A DNA stretch of 64,000 bases from Ranitomeya imitator (lineage: Eukaryota): the NCBI RefSeq assembly GCF_032444005.1, contig NC_091290.1, positions 36,332,001 to 36,396,000 of the forward strand, read 5' to 3'. Of this stretch, positions 1 through 9,768 are shown in pieces. The notes beneath the pieces were generated by a model, which saw only the letters and a program-made list of their open reading frames with translations, did no database searches and was not told where the DNA came from. Within the stretch, counting starts at the first letter, position 1, and the number at the start of each line of letters is the position of its first letter. The position numbers were made by a program, and so were the translations under genes.

Positions 1-660
1 CAATTGTCGTTATTCCCTGACCTGGCGCATGCGCAGTAACGTCCTCATGACATCATGAGAGCAAGGCTATCCATCTGTGCATGCGTTGCCACCCCCTCCC
101 AGTAATGAATTCGCCTATGCAAGATGGCAGTGTCTGTGACCTGCTCTCCCACCTGAGATTTTGCGCATGTGCCATCACTTCCAGAGGTAGAGCATGCGCA
201 GTAATATCCATCCTCAAGACATTGTGAGAGCCTGCCTATCCACCTGCACATGTATCGCCTCCCCAAGGAATGATGGCGCCTGTGCAAGATGTCAGTGTCT
301 GTGACCTGCTCTCCCACCTGAGATTTTGCGCATGTGCCATCATTTCCACTGACGGCACATGCGCAGTAAAAGCCTCATTAAATTGCGAGAGCTGGGCTAT
401 CTGCACGTGTGTGACCCTTCCCGGGAATGATGGCACCTGCGCAAGATGTCAATGTCAGTGACGTGCTCTCCCACCTGAGATTTTGCACATGTGCCAACAT
501 TTTCAGGGGTAGCGCATGCGCAGTAACATTCTCATAACATTGAGAGAGTCGGGCTATCCATCTGCACATGCGTCACCCCTCCCAGGAATGATGGCACCTG
601 CGCAAGTTGTCCGTGTCTCCGACCTGATCCCCCACTTAAGATTTTGCGTACGTGCCTTTA
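1..660. repeat. Diverged tandem repeat, ~157-165 bp unit, about 4 copies, running off the left edge
   Basis: GCAGTAA recurs ending at 39, 204, 369 and 526. CTCCCACCTGAGATTTTGC also recurs. The last unit is interrupted by the CR1 insertion and appears to resume at ~2645-2680. Confidence 0.85.
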
Positions 661-662
661 TT

Positions 663-2637
663 ACATAGTAACATAGTTAGTAAGGCCGAAAAAAGACATT
701 TGTCCATCCAGTTCAGCCTATATTCCATCATAATAAATACCCAGATCTACGTCCTTCTACAGAACCTAATAATTGTATGATACAATATTGTTCTGCTCCA
801 GGAAGACATCCAGGCCTCTCTTGAACCCCTCGACTGAGTTCGCCATCACCACCTCCTCAGGCAAGCAATTCCAGATTCTCACTGCCCTAACAGTAAAGAA
901 TCCTCTTCTATGTTGGTGGAAAAACCTTCTCTCCTCCAGACGCAAAGAATGCCCCCTTGTGCCCGTCACCTTCCTTGGTATAAACAGATCCTCAGCGAGA
1001 TATTTGTGTTGTCCCCTTATATACTTATACATGGTTATTAGATCGCCCCTCAGTCGTCTTTTTTCTAGACTAAATAATCCTAATTTCGCTAATCTATCTG
1101 GGTATTGTAGTTCTCCCATCCCCTTTATTAATTTTGTTGCCCTCCTTTGTACTCTCTCTAGTTCCATTATATCCTTCCTGAGCACCGGTGCCCAAAACTG
1201 GACACAGTACTCCATGTGCGGTCTAACTAGGGATTTGTACAGAGGCAGTATAATGCTCTCATCATGTGTATCCAGACCTCTTTTAATGCACCCCATGATC
1301 CTGTTTGCCTTGGCAGCTGCTGCCTGGCACTGGCTGCTCCAGGTAAGTTTATCATTAACTAGGATCCCCAAGTCCTTCTCCCTGTCAGATTTACCCAGTG
1401 GTTTCCCGTTCAGTGTGTAATGGTGATATTGATTCCCTCTTCCCATGTGTATAACCTTACATTTATCATTGTTAAACCTCATCTGCCACCTTTCAGCCCA
1501 AGTTTCCAACTTATCCAGATCCATCTGTAGCAGAATACTATCTTCTCTTGTATTAACTGCTTTACATAGTTTTGTATCATCTGCAAATATCGATATTTTA
1601 CTGTGTAAACCTTCTACCAGATCATTAATGAATATGTTGAAGAGAACAGGTCCCAATACTGACCCCTGCGGTACCCCACTGGTCACAGCGACCCAGTTAG
1701 AGACTATACCATTTATAACCACCCTCTGCTTTCTATCACTAAGCCAGTTACTAACCCATTTACACACATTTTCCCCCAGACCAAGCATTCTCATTTTGTG
1801 TACCAACCTCTTGTGCGGCACGGTATCAAACGCTTTGGAAAAATCGAGGTATACCACGTCCAATGACTCACCGTGGTCCAGTCTATAGCTTACCTCTTCA
1901 TAAAAACTGATTAGATTGGTTTGACAGAAGCGATTTCTCATAAACCCATGCTGATATGGAGTTAAACAGTTATTCTCATTGAGATAATCCAGAATAACAT
2001 CCCTCAGAAACCCTTCAAATATTTTACCAACAATAGAGGTTAGACTTACTGGCCTATAATTTCCAGGTTCACTTTTAGAGCCCTTTTTGAATATTGGCAC
2101 CACATTTGCTATGCGCCAGTCCTGCGGAACAGACCCTGTCGCTATAGAGTCACTAAAAATAAGAAATAATGGTTTATCTATTACATTACTTAGTTCTCTT
2201 AGTACTCGTGGGTGTATGCCATCCGGACCCGGAGATTTATCTATTTTAATCTTATTTAGCCGGTTTCGCACCTCTTCTTGGGTTAGATTGGTGACCCTTA
2301 ATATAGGGTTTTCATTGTTTCTTGGGATTTCATCTAGCATTTCATTTTCCACCGTGAATACCGTGGAGAAGAAGGTGTTTAATATGTTAGCTTTTTCCTC
2401 GTCATCTACAACCATTCTTTCCTCACTATTTTTTAAGGGGCCTACATTTTCAGTTTTTATTCTTTTACTATTGATATAGTTGAAGAACAGTTTGGGATTA
2501 GTTTTACTCTCCTTAGCAATGTGCTTCTCTGTTTCCTTTTTGGCAGCTTTAATTAGTTTTTTAGATAAAGTATTTTTCTCCCTATAGTTTTTTAGAGCTT
2601 CAATGGTGCCATCCTGCTTTAGTAGTGCAAATGCTTT
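663..2637 (-). mobile_element. 5'-truncated CR1-clade LINE with a 7-bp target-site duplication
   Basis: Contains an RT ORF. The 3' end has (ACTATGTT)-type repeats at 663-678. CTTTATT flanks both ends (656-662 and 2638-2644). Confidence 0.92.
766..2637 (-). CDS. CR1 ORF2 remnant: uninterrupted reverse transcriptase reading frame (~623 codons), no endonuclease domain and no true start codon
   Basis: Motifs KSPGPDGIHP, NYRPVSLTS, YLDFSKAFDTV, GVPQGSVLGP, FADD and YCVQFW. The first 36 codons of the track ORF (2638-2745) are flanking DNA. Confidence 0.85.
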   Translation of the reverse strand, partial: KAFALLKQDGTIEALKNYREKNTLSKKLIKAAKKETEKHIAKESKTNPKLFFNYINSKRIKTENVGPLKNSEERMVVDDEEKANILNTFFSTVFTVENEMLDEIPRNNENPILRVTNLTQEEVRNRLNKIKIDKSPGPDGIHPRVLRELSNVIDKPLFLIFSDSIATGSVPQDWRIANVVPIFKKGSKSEPGNYRPVSLTSIVGKIFEGFLRDVILDYLNENNCLTPYQHGFMRNRFCQTNLISFYEEVSYRLDHGESLDVVYLDFSKAFDTVPHKRLVHKMRMLGLGENVCKWVSNWLSDRKQRVVINGIVSNWVAVTSGVPQGSVLGPVLFNIFINDLVEGLHSKISIFADDTKLCKAVNTREDSILLQMDLDKLETWAERWQMRFNNDKCKVIHMGRGNQYHHYTLNGKPLGKSDREKDLGILVNDKLTWSSQCQAAAAKANRIMGCIKRGLDTHDESIILPLYKSLVRPHMEYCVQFWAPVLRKDIMELERVQRRATKLIKGMGELQYPDRLAKLGLFSLEKRRLRGDLITMYKYIRGQHKYLAEDLFIPRKVTGTRGHSLRLEERRFFHQHRRGFFTVRAVRIWNCLPEEVVMANSVEGFKRGLDVFLEQNNIVSYNY

Positions 2638-3323
2638 CTTTATTGCCGGAGATGGCGTATGTGCACATGGCTCCCCCAGGAATAATTTTTGTAAAACCCA
2701 ATGTTTGCTCTTTAGACTTAGTTTGTCACCCACAAGCTCTGTCATATGTGATCCTGCAATGCGCTGCTCACCACTTGTAGGAAAAAAAATGTTTTTTTGA
2801 GGTCACAAATGACATGTTTTCTAGTGAAAACCTCTCCAGAAAATGCTCCTTTTTTGGGGAGGTTTTGGATAAAACTTCTCTTTGAAGAGGTTTTTTTTTT
2901 TGCAGATTTTTGATTGGACAGTGCCTAGATTGGAGCAGATTCCATCAGGAACGGCTTTAACTCCCTCCCCCCCCCCCCAAAAAAAAAAAAAAAAAAACCA
3001 GGTGCTTTGTCAAAACCTGTGGTGGATGAGGAAAAAAAAAGCTGAAAAGAGAGGACAGATAAACAGGTAAGAAGTTTTAATGGTACGAAACAATAGGAAG
3101 CGTCTATCGAGCAATTTTTTACAGTTGTTTTTGGAAAGCGGACACTTTCCAAAAAAAAAAAAAAAAAAAAAAAGTGACAGCTTTACAATTTCTCATTTAA
3201 CTTTGGCTGTGAATAAAGCTAAAATTATCATTCAATCCCATATCAGCAACAATTAGACAACAGTACATTAACATTTCCTTAAAGGATTAATGTAGTTATA
3301 TTAAAAAAAAAAAAACCACGTTA

Positions 3324-4229
3324 GGGTATGTTCACACGTTCAGGATTTCCATCCTTTTTTTTTCAGGACAGTTTTTTTAAAAAACTGCAGCTCTTGGCAG
3401 AAAACGCAGGTCTTTTTTTGATGCGTTTTTTTTATCCTTTTTTTATGCAGTTTTCTATGCAGAGACTGTGTGTTTCCTAGGAAGCTTTTTAGGGCTAAAA
3501 TGGCTGAAAATACCCTAACCCTACCCCTAACCCTATTCTAACCTTAGTAAAAAAAAAAAAAAAAAATTCTTAATTTTTTTATTGTCCCTACCAATGGGGG
3601 TGACAAAGTGGGGGGGGGGGGGGGGTGTCATTTACTATTTTTTTATTTTGATCACTGAGATAGGTTATATCTCAGTGATCAAAATGCACTTTGGAGCGAA
3701 TCTGCCGGCCAGCAGATTCGGCGGGCGCACTGCGCATGCGCCCGCCATTTTGCAAGATGGCGGCGCCCAGGGAGAAGACGGCCGGACGGACACCGGGACG
3801 CCGGGTAAGTATAAGGGGGGGAGATTAGGGCACGGGGGGGCATCGGAGCACGGGGGGGCAGCCACACTCCGCCCACGCACTTCCGCCCGCTCCCCCGCAC
3901 TTCCTGCTGCAGCGGTTCTGCACATCAAATCGCAGTAAAACCCGCAGATATATTTTTGATCTGCGGGTTTTACTGCGATTTTGACCTCACAATGGAGGTC
4001 TATGGGTGCAGAACCGCTGCGGTTCAGGAAAAAGAAGTGACATGCTCCTTCTTTTTTGCCGCAGCTATTCTGCGCGGCTTTTTAAACGAAATTACGGACC
4101 ATGTGCACAGCAGTGACTGTTTTCCATAGGGTTACATTGTTATGTACCCTGCATGGAAAACTGCTGCGGAACCGCAGCGGCAATACCGCTGCGGTTCCGC
4201 AGTAAAAAACGCACTGTGTGAACATGGCC
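3324..4229. mobile_element. PIF/Harbinger-type non-autonomous element of mosaic structure
   Basis: TIRs GGGTATGTTCACAC / GTGTGAACATGGCC, with TTA on both flanks (3321-3323 and 4230-4232). Confidence 0.75.
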
Positions 4230-5696
4230 TTATATTTCTGAATTTTTGTGTACGAGCGGTTGAGGTCCAGACGGCTCGGACTCAGAGCTGTGCCCCTTCG
4301 TGTCCGATCTACTTTATTTCAGCTGGCGACCGGAGGAATGTATGAACTGAAAAGACTAAATCCAGAATTTAGCCGATGGCTTTTCCCCCCTTTATGCAGA
4401 GATTAGTAGAAGTCTCGGCATCCAGAAACTACACAATAAAAAAAAAAAAAAAAATTAAAAAAACCTTCTGATGTCTCATTATGACATACCAGAAGTTGTG
4501 CCAGTTGTCTAATATCACCCCCCAATAGTCCAAAAATTCTGATAATCCAACACTTTCATCTAACTATAAAATTGCAAGTTAATTGTAAACAAACGGAATT
4601 TTGAGACGTCTGCATTTACCATGAAGGGGGCAGATTTTTTGATGGTCTTATTTTATGTTTACAAATAGGTTCTAGATACAAAAACAGTCCTAAATCCCAG
4701 TATAAAAATAAAAAAATAAAATACAAAATCTGATTTTTTTTTTTCTACTTAGATTTAAATAGTAAGAAGTTACAAAATATTCAGAAAAAGTTTAGAATTC
4801 TCTTAACCCCTTCCCGACCCATGACGCCACGTAGGCGTCATGAAAGTCGGTGCCAATCCGACCCATGATGCCTATGTGGCGTCATGGAAAGATCGCGTCC
4901 CTGCAGGCCGGGTGAAAGGGTTAACTCCCATTTCACCCGATCTGCAGGGACAGGGGGAGTGGTAGTTTAGCCCAGGGGGGGTGGCTTCACCCCCTCGTGG
5001 CTACGATCGCTCTGATTGGCTGTTGAAAGTGAAACTGCCAATCAGAGCGATTTGTAATATTTCACCTATTATAACTGGTGAAATATTACAATCCAGCCAT
5101 GGCCGATGCTGCAATATCATCGGCCATGGCTGGAAATACTAATGTGCCCCCACCCCACCCCTCCGATCGCCCCCCCAGCCCCCCGATCTGGCCGGTACAC
5201 TGCTCCGGCTCCCCTCCGTCCAGTGCTCCGCTCCCCCCCGTGCTCTTGTCCGCTCCCCCCGTGCTCCAATCACCCCCCCGTGCTCCAATCACCCCCCCTG
5301 CACTCCGATCCACCCCCCCGGTGCTCCGTTCCACCCCCCCGTGCTCCATTCCAGCCCCCCCGTGCTCCGTTCCACGCCCCCCGCGCTCCGATTCCCCCCC
5401 CGTGCTCCGATTCCCCCCCCGTGGTCCCCCCCCACCCCATCATACTTACCGATCCAGCCGGGGTCCCGTCCGTCTTCTCCCTGGGCGCCGCCATCTTCCA
5501 AAATGGCGGGCGCATGCGCAGTGCGCCCGCCGAATCTGCCGGCCGGCAGATTCGTTCCAAAGTGCATTTTGATCACAGATATAATCTATATCAGTGATCA
5601 AAATAAAAAAAATAATAAACAACCCCCCCCCCCTTTGTCACCCCCATAGGTAGGGACAATAAAAAAATAAAGAAATTTTTTTTTTCCACTAATGTT

Positions 5697-5780
5697 AGAA
5701 TAGGGTTAGGGTTAGGGTTAGGGGTAGGGTTAGGGGTAGGGTTAGGGGTAGGGGTAGGGTTAGGGCTAGGGTTAGGGTTT
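5697..5780 (+). repeat. Interstitial telomere-like (TTAGGG)n tract
   Basis: TTAGGG / TAGGGG hexamer run inside the piggyBac element. Confidence 0.9.
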
Positions 5781-5781
5781 C

Positions 5782-6113
5782 GGTATGTGCACACGTATTC
5801 TGGTTCTCTGCGGATTTTTCCGCTGCGGATTTGATAAATCCGCAGTGCTAAACCGCTGCGGATTTACCGCGTTTTTTTCTGCGCATTTCACTGCGGTTTT
5901 ACAACTGCGATTTTCTATTTGAGCAGTTGTAAAACCGCTGCGGAATCCGCACAAAGAAGTGACATGCTGCGGAATGTAAACCGCTGCGTTTCCGTGCAGT
6001 TTTTCCGCAGCATGTGTACAGCGATTTTTGTTTCCCGTAGGTTTACATTGAACTGTAAACTCATGGGAAACTGCTGCGGATCCGCAGCGTTTTCCGCAGC
6101 GTGTGCACATGCC
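5782..6113. mobile_element. Nested Harbinger-like MITE
   Basis: Ends are GGTATGTGCACACG / CGTGTGCACATGCC, with CCGCAG/CTGCGG-rich internal palindromes. The TSD is not preserved. Confidence 0.6.
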
Positions 6114-6123
6114 ATTAGAATTA

Positions 6124-6481
6124 GGCTATGTGCACACGGTGCGGATTTGGCTGCGGATTGGCCGCTGCGGATTCGCAGCAGTGTTCCATCAGGTTTACAG
6201 TACCATGTAAACATATGAAAAACCAAATCCGCTGTGCCCATGGTGCGGAAAATACCGCGCGGAAACGCTGCGTTGTATTTTCCGCAGCATGTCAATTCTT
6301 TGTGCGGATTCCGCAGCGTTTTACACCTGTTCCTCAAAAGGAATCCGCAGGTGAAATCCGCACAAAAAACACTGGAAATCCGCGGAAAATCCGCAGGTAA
6401 AACACAGTGCCTTTTACCCGCGGATTTTTCAAAAATGGTGCGGAAATATCTCACACGAATCCGCAACGTGGGCACATAGCC
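6124..6481. mobile_element. Nested Harbinger MITE
   Basis: TIRs GGCTATGTGCACAC / GTGGGCACATAGCC, with TTA at 6121-6123 and 6482-6484. Confidence 0.8.
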
Positions 6482-6560
6482 TTAGGGTTAGGGTTGGAAT
6501 TAGGGTTGTGGTTAGGGTTGTGATTAGGGTTATGGCTACAGTTGGGATTAGGGTTAGGGG
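6482..6560 (+). repeat. Degenerate (TTAGGG)n tract
   Basis: TTAGGGTTAGGGTT followed by several further TTAGGG units. Confidence 0.75.
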
Positions 6561-8728
6561 TGTGGGGGGGTTAGTGTTGGAGGTAGAATTGAGGGGTTAC
6601 CACTGTTTAGGCACATCAGGGGTCTCCAAACGCAAAATGGCGCCACCATTGATTCCAGCCAATCTCGTATTCAAAAAGTCAAATGGTGCTCCCTCACTTC
6701 CGAGCCCTGACGTGTGCCCAAACAGTGGTTTACCCCCACATATGGGGTACCAGCATACTCAGGATAAACTGCGCAACAATTACTGGGGTCCAATTTCTCC
6801 TGTTACCCTTGTGAATCTAAAAAAATGCTTGCTAAAACATAATTTTTGAGGAAAGAAAAATGATTTTTTATTTTCACGGCTCTGCGTTGTAAACGTCTGT
6901 GAAGCACTTGGGGGTTCAAAGTGCTCACCACATATCTAGATAAGTTCCTTGGGGGGTCTAGTTTCTAAAATGGGGTCACTTGTGGGGGGTTTCTACTGTT
7001 TAGGCACACCAGGGACTCTGCAAACGCAACGTGACACCCGCAGACCATTCCATCAAAGTCTGCATTTCAAAAGTCACTACTTCCCTTCTGAGCCCTGCCG
7101 TGTGCCCAAACAGTGGTTTACCCCCACATATGAGGTATCGACGTACTCGGGAGAAATTGCCCAACAAATTTTATGATCCATTTTATCCTACTGCCCATGT
7201 GAAAATGAAAAAATTGAGGCGAAAATAATTTTTTTGTGAAAAAAAAAGTACTTTTTCATTTTTACAGATCAATTTGTGAAGCACCTGGGGGTTCAAAGTG
7301 CTCACTATGCATCTAGATAAGTTCCTTGGGGCGTCTAGTTTCCAAAATGGGGTCACTTGTGGGGGAGCTCCAATTTTTAGGCACACGGGGGCTCTCCAAA
7401 CGGGACATGGTGTCCGCTAAAGAGTGGAGCCAATTTTTGATTCAAAAAGTCAAATGGCGCTCCTTCCCTTCCAAGCCCTGCCGTGCGCCCAAACAGTGGT
7501 TTACCCCCACATATGAGGTATCAGCGTACTCAGGACAAATTGGACAACAACTTACGTGGTTCAGTTTCTCCTTTTACCATTGGGAAAATAAAAAAATTGT
7601 TGCTAAAAGATAATTTTTGTGACTAAAAAGTTAAATGTTCATTTTTTCCTTCCATGTTGCTTCTGCTGCTGTGAAGCACCTGAAGGGTTAATAAACTTCT
7701 TGAATGTGGTTTTGAGTACCTTGAGGGGTGCAGTTTTTAGAATGGTGTCACTTTTGGGTATTTTCAGCCATATAGACCCCTCAAACTGACTTCAAATGTG
7801 AGGTGGTCCCTAAAAAAAATGGTTTTGTAAATTTCGTTGTAAAAATGAGAAATCGCTGGTCAAATTTTAACCCTTATAACTTCCTAACAAAAAAAAATTT
7901 TGTTTCCAAAATTGTGCTGATGTAAAGTAAACATGTGGGAAATGTTATTTATTAACTATTTTGTGTCACATATCTCTCTGGTTTAACAGAATAAAAATTT
8001 AAAATGTGAAAATTGGGAAATTTTCAAAATTTTCGCCAAATTTCTGTTTTTATCACAAATAAACGCAGAATTTATTGACCTAAATTTACCACTAACATGA
8101 AGCCCAATATGTCACGAAAAAACAATCTCAGAACCGCTAGGATCCGTTGAAGCGTTCCTGAGTTATTACCTCATAAAGGGACACTGGTCAGAATTGCAAA
8201 AAACGGCAAGGTCTTTAAGGTCAAAATAGGCTGGGTCATGAAGGGGTTAAAAGCTTTGATGTGAAGAACCTGCTTTCTACTTCTTTGCGCTTCAGTGCTG
8301 CCCTGATGTGTACAGAATTCCCCCGCACACTCAGAAAAGTGGACGGCGGCCAACTCTGAGGGTTACACAACACACTACCTGACGAAACATTTAACCCTTG
8401 GAGTGAAAACTCCACACGTCTCTTCCCAGCTTCAGAGAGCAGGGGCATGATTTGGAAGGGGGTAGCGGGCAAAACTAAATCCTGACCGATGCACTGAAAA
8501 CAATGCACATAGTAGTGTGTACAAGTGATCTAGACAATACACCCCATTGCGGATTTAGAGAATGGGGTGAGCTCAGTTTAATGGAATTGTCCTAATTCAT
8601 AACTAGTTTTCATAGTTAAGTCTCGCCCACAGTCAGAAGATCGCTCCACACTTTTCCGCTACTTGCTCCCTTGCAGTTCTGGTAAGTAACCAGGTCTCCC
8701 TACATCTACACATACGGTAAGTAATATC

Positions 8729-9394
8729 CACTATATGGATAAAAGTATTCAGACACCTCAGGAACTTATAAATCCATAGACATTAATATGGAATTGGTCC
8801 TTGTAACACTATCCCAGCACGATGCAGTCAGGGGGTGACGTTCTCTTGGCATCCACCAAACCCAGACTCATCCGTCACTACACAGAACATGTTTCCACTG
8901 CTCCAGGGTCCAGTGGTGGCTTTACATCACTCCATCCATTGTGCTTGGTGATGTAAGGCTGCTCGGCCATGAAGCTCCTGGTGGGGGCGCAGTGTGCCGA
9001 TGTTAGTACCAGAGGAGGTTTGGACTCTGCAGTTATGGAGTCAGAAGAGCGTTGGTGACTTTTCTGCCCTCGGTGACACCACTCTGTAATTTTACGTGGT
9101 CTACACTTCTACTGTTCCTTCCACCTCTCAATAACATCATTCACAAATGATGGGGAAACATTTAGGAGGGGAGAAATGTCATGAATGGACTATTACAAGA
9201 CTGCGCTGGTATCAGTGGGCTCTGCACCAACAACCATTGCGTCACATGGAAGACGGCATGGCGGAGGGCAGGAGGTTATACACTGGGGCCAAAATGGGAC
9301 CAGATGTTATAGACCAGGCGGTGATGGGGCAGGGTGAAAAAACAGAATTAAATGCTTAAAGGAGCCATGTCCCAATACTTTTCTTCAAATAGCG
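8729..9394 (-). mobile_element. Internally deleted, degenerate Tc1-like fossil
   Basis: Left end CACTATATGGATAAAAGTATTCAGACAC. Right end TGTCCCAATACTTTT...ATAGCG followed by TA. The interior resembles decayed Tc1 transposase sequence. Confidence 0.6.
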
Positions 9395-9427
9395 TAGATA
9401 GTGCAGGATACCTACCATGCTGGGCGA

Positions 9428-9507
9428 CAGGGCTGTGGAGTCGGAGTCTGAGTCGGTGTCATGGAAATTGAGGAGTCGGAGGTTTGGATACCGACTCCAC
9501 AGCCCTG
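9428..9507. mobile_element. 80-bp hAT-type MITE
   Basis: 17-bp perfect TIR CAGGGCTGTGGAGTCGG / CCGACTCCACAGCCCTG. 8-bp TSD CTGGGCGA / ATGGGCGA (7/8 match). Confidence 0.8.
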
Positions 9508-9636
9508 ATGGGCGAACTACCACTTTAATAAAGAACTGCTTCAGAAGCGGAGCCGTTTGGCCTCCTGCCCGCCGCGGTGTAGCATGTAACATTGATTCAT
9601 TCTGGGCACATAGTTGGCACAACATCTTTCCTTTAC

Positions 9637-9768
9637 CTTCCCATCGGCGCCATGCACTTTTCCCCACTCGCTCACAACAAAGGCATCATTGACCGAGATG
9701 CAGGCGATTACTTCCGCCCCGCGGGATTTCAGGTCGTCAGCCTGAGTCACGTATCCAGGCAGGTGCGT
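9637..9768 (-). CDS. PRDX5: PRDX5 coding exon 3 (132 nt)
   Basis: Acceptor ttccccAG at 9770-9769, donor GTaaag at 9636. Encodes THLPGYVTQADDLKSRGAEVIACISVNDAFVVSEWGKVHGADGK. Confidence 0.96.

Larger units (their letters stand above)
4807..8246. mobile_element. piggyBac-type non-autonomous element, 3440 bp
   Basis: TTAA at 4803-4806 and 8247-8250. Termini are CCCCTTCCCGACCCA and TGGGTCATGAAGGGG. It contains ~390-bp internal repeats starting near 6601, 6995 and 7373. No transposase ORF. Confidence 0.85.

Noticed and set aside
2638-2745. N-terminal extension of the 659-aa RT ORF
   Set aside because: It lies beyond the TSD, starts at a non-ATG codon and is flanking DNA that happens to be in frame.
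5078-5649. Pro/Gly-rich ORFs of 87-164 aa
   Set aside because: They come from the CCCCCCGTGCTCC repeat inside a non-autonomous transposon.
8671-8690. TTGCAG-TTCTG-GTAAGT, resembling a 5-nt microexon on the plus strand
   Set aside because: It is antisense to PRDX5, and no plus-strand transcript is supported here.
1-9636. Search for PRDX5 exons 4-6 (MLADP-, KRFSM-, CSLA-like coding)
   Set aside because: No match found by eye. The CAGEFC stretch near 8300-8330 lacks the LADP motif and proper splice sites. The exons are presumed to be left of the window.
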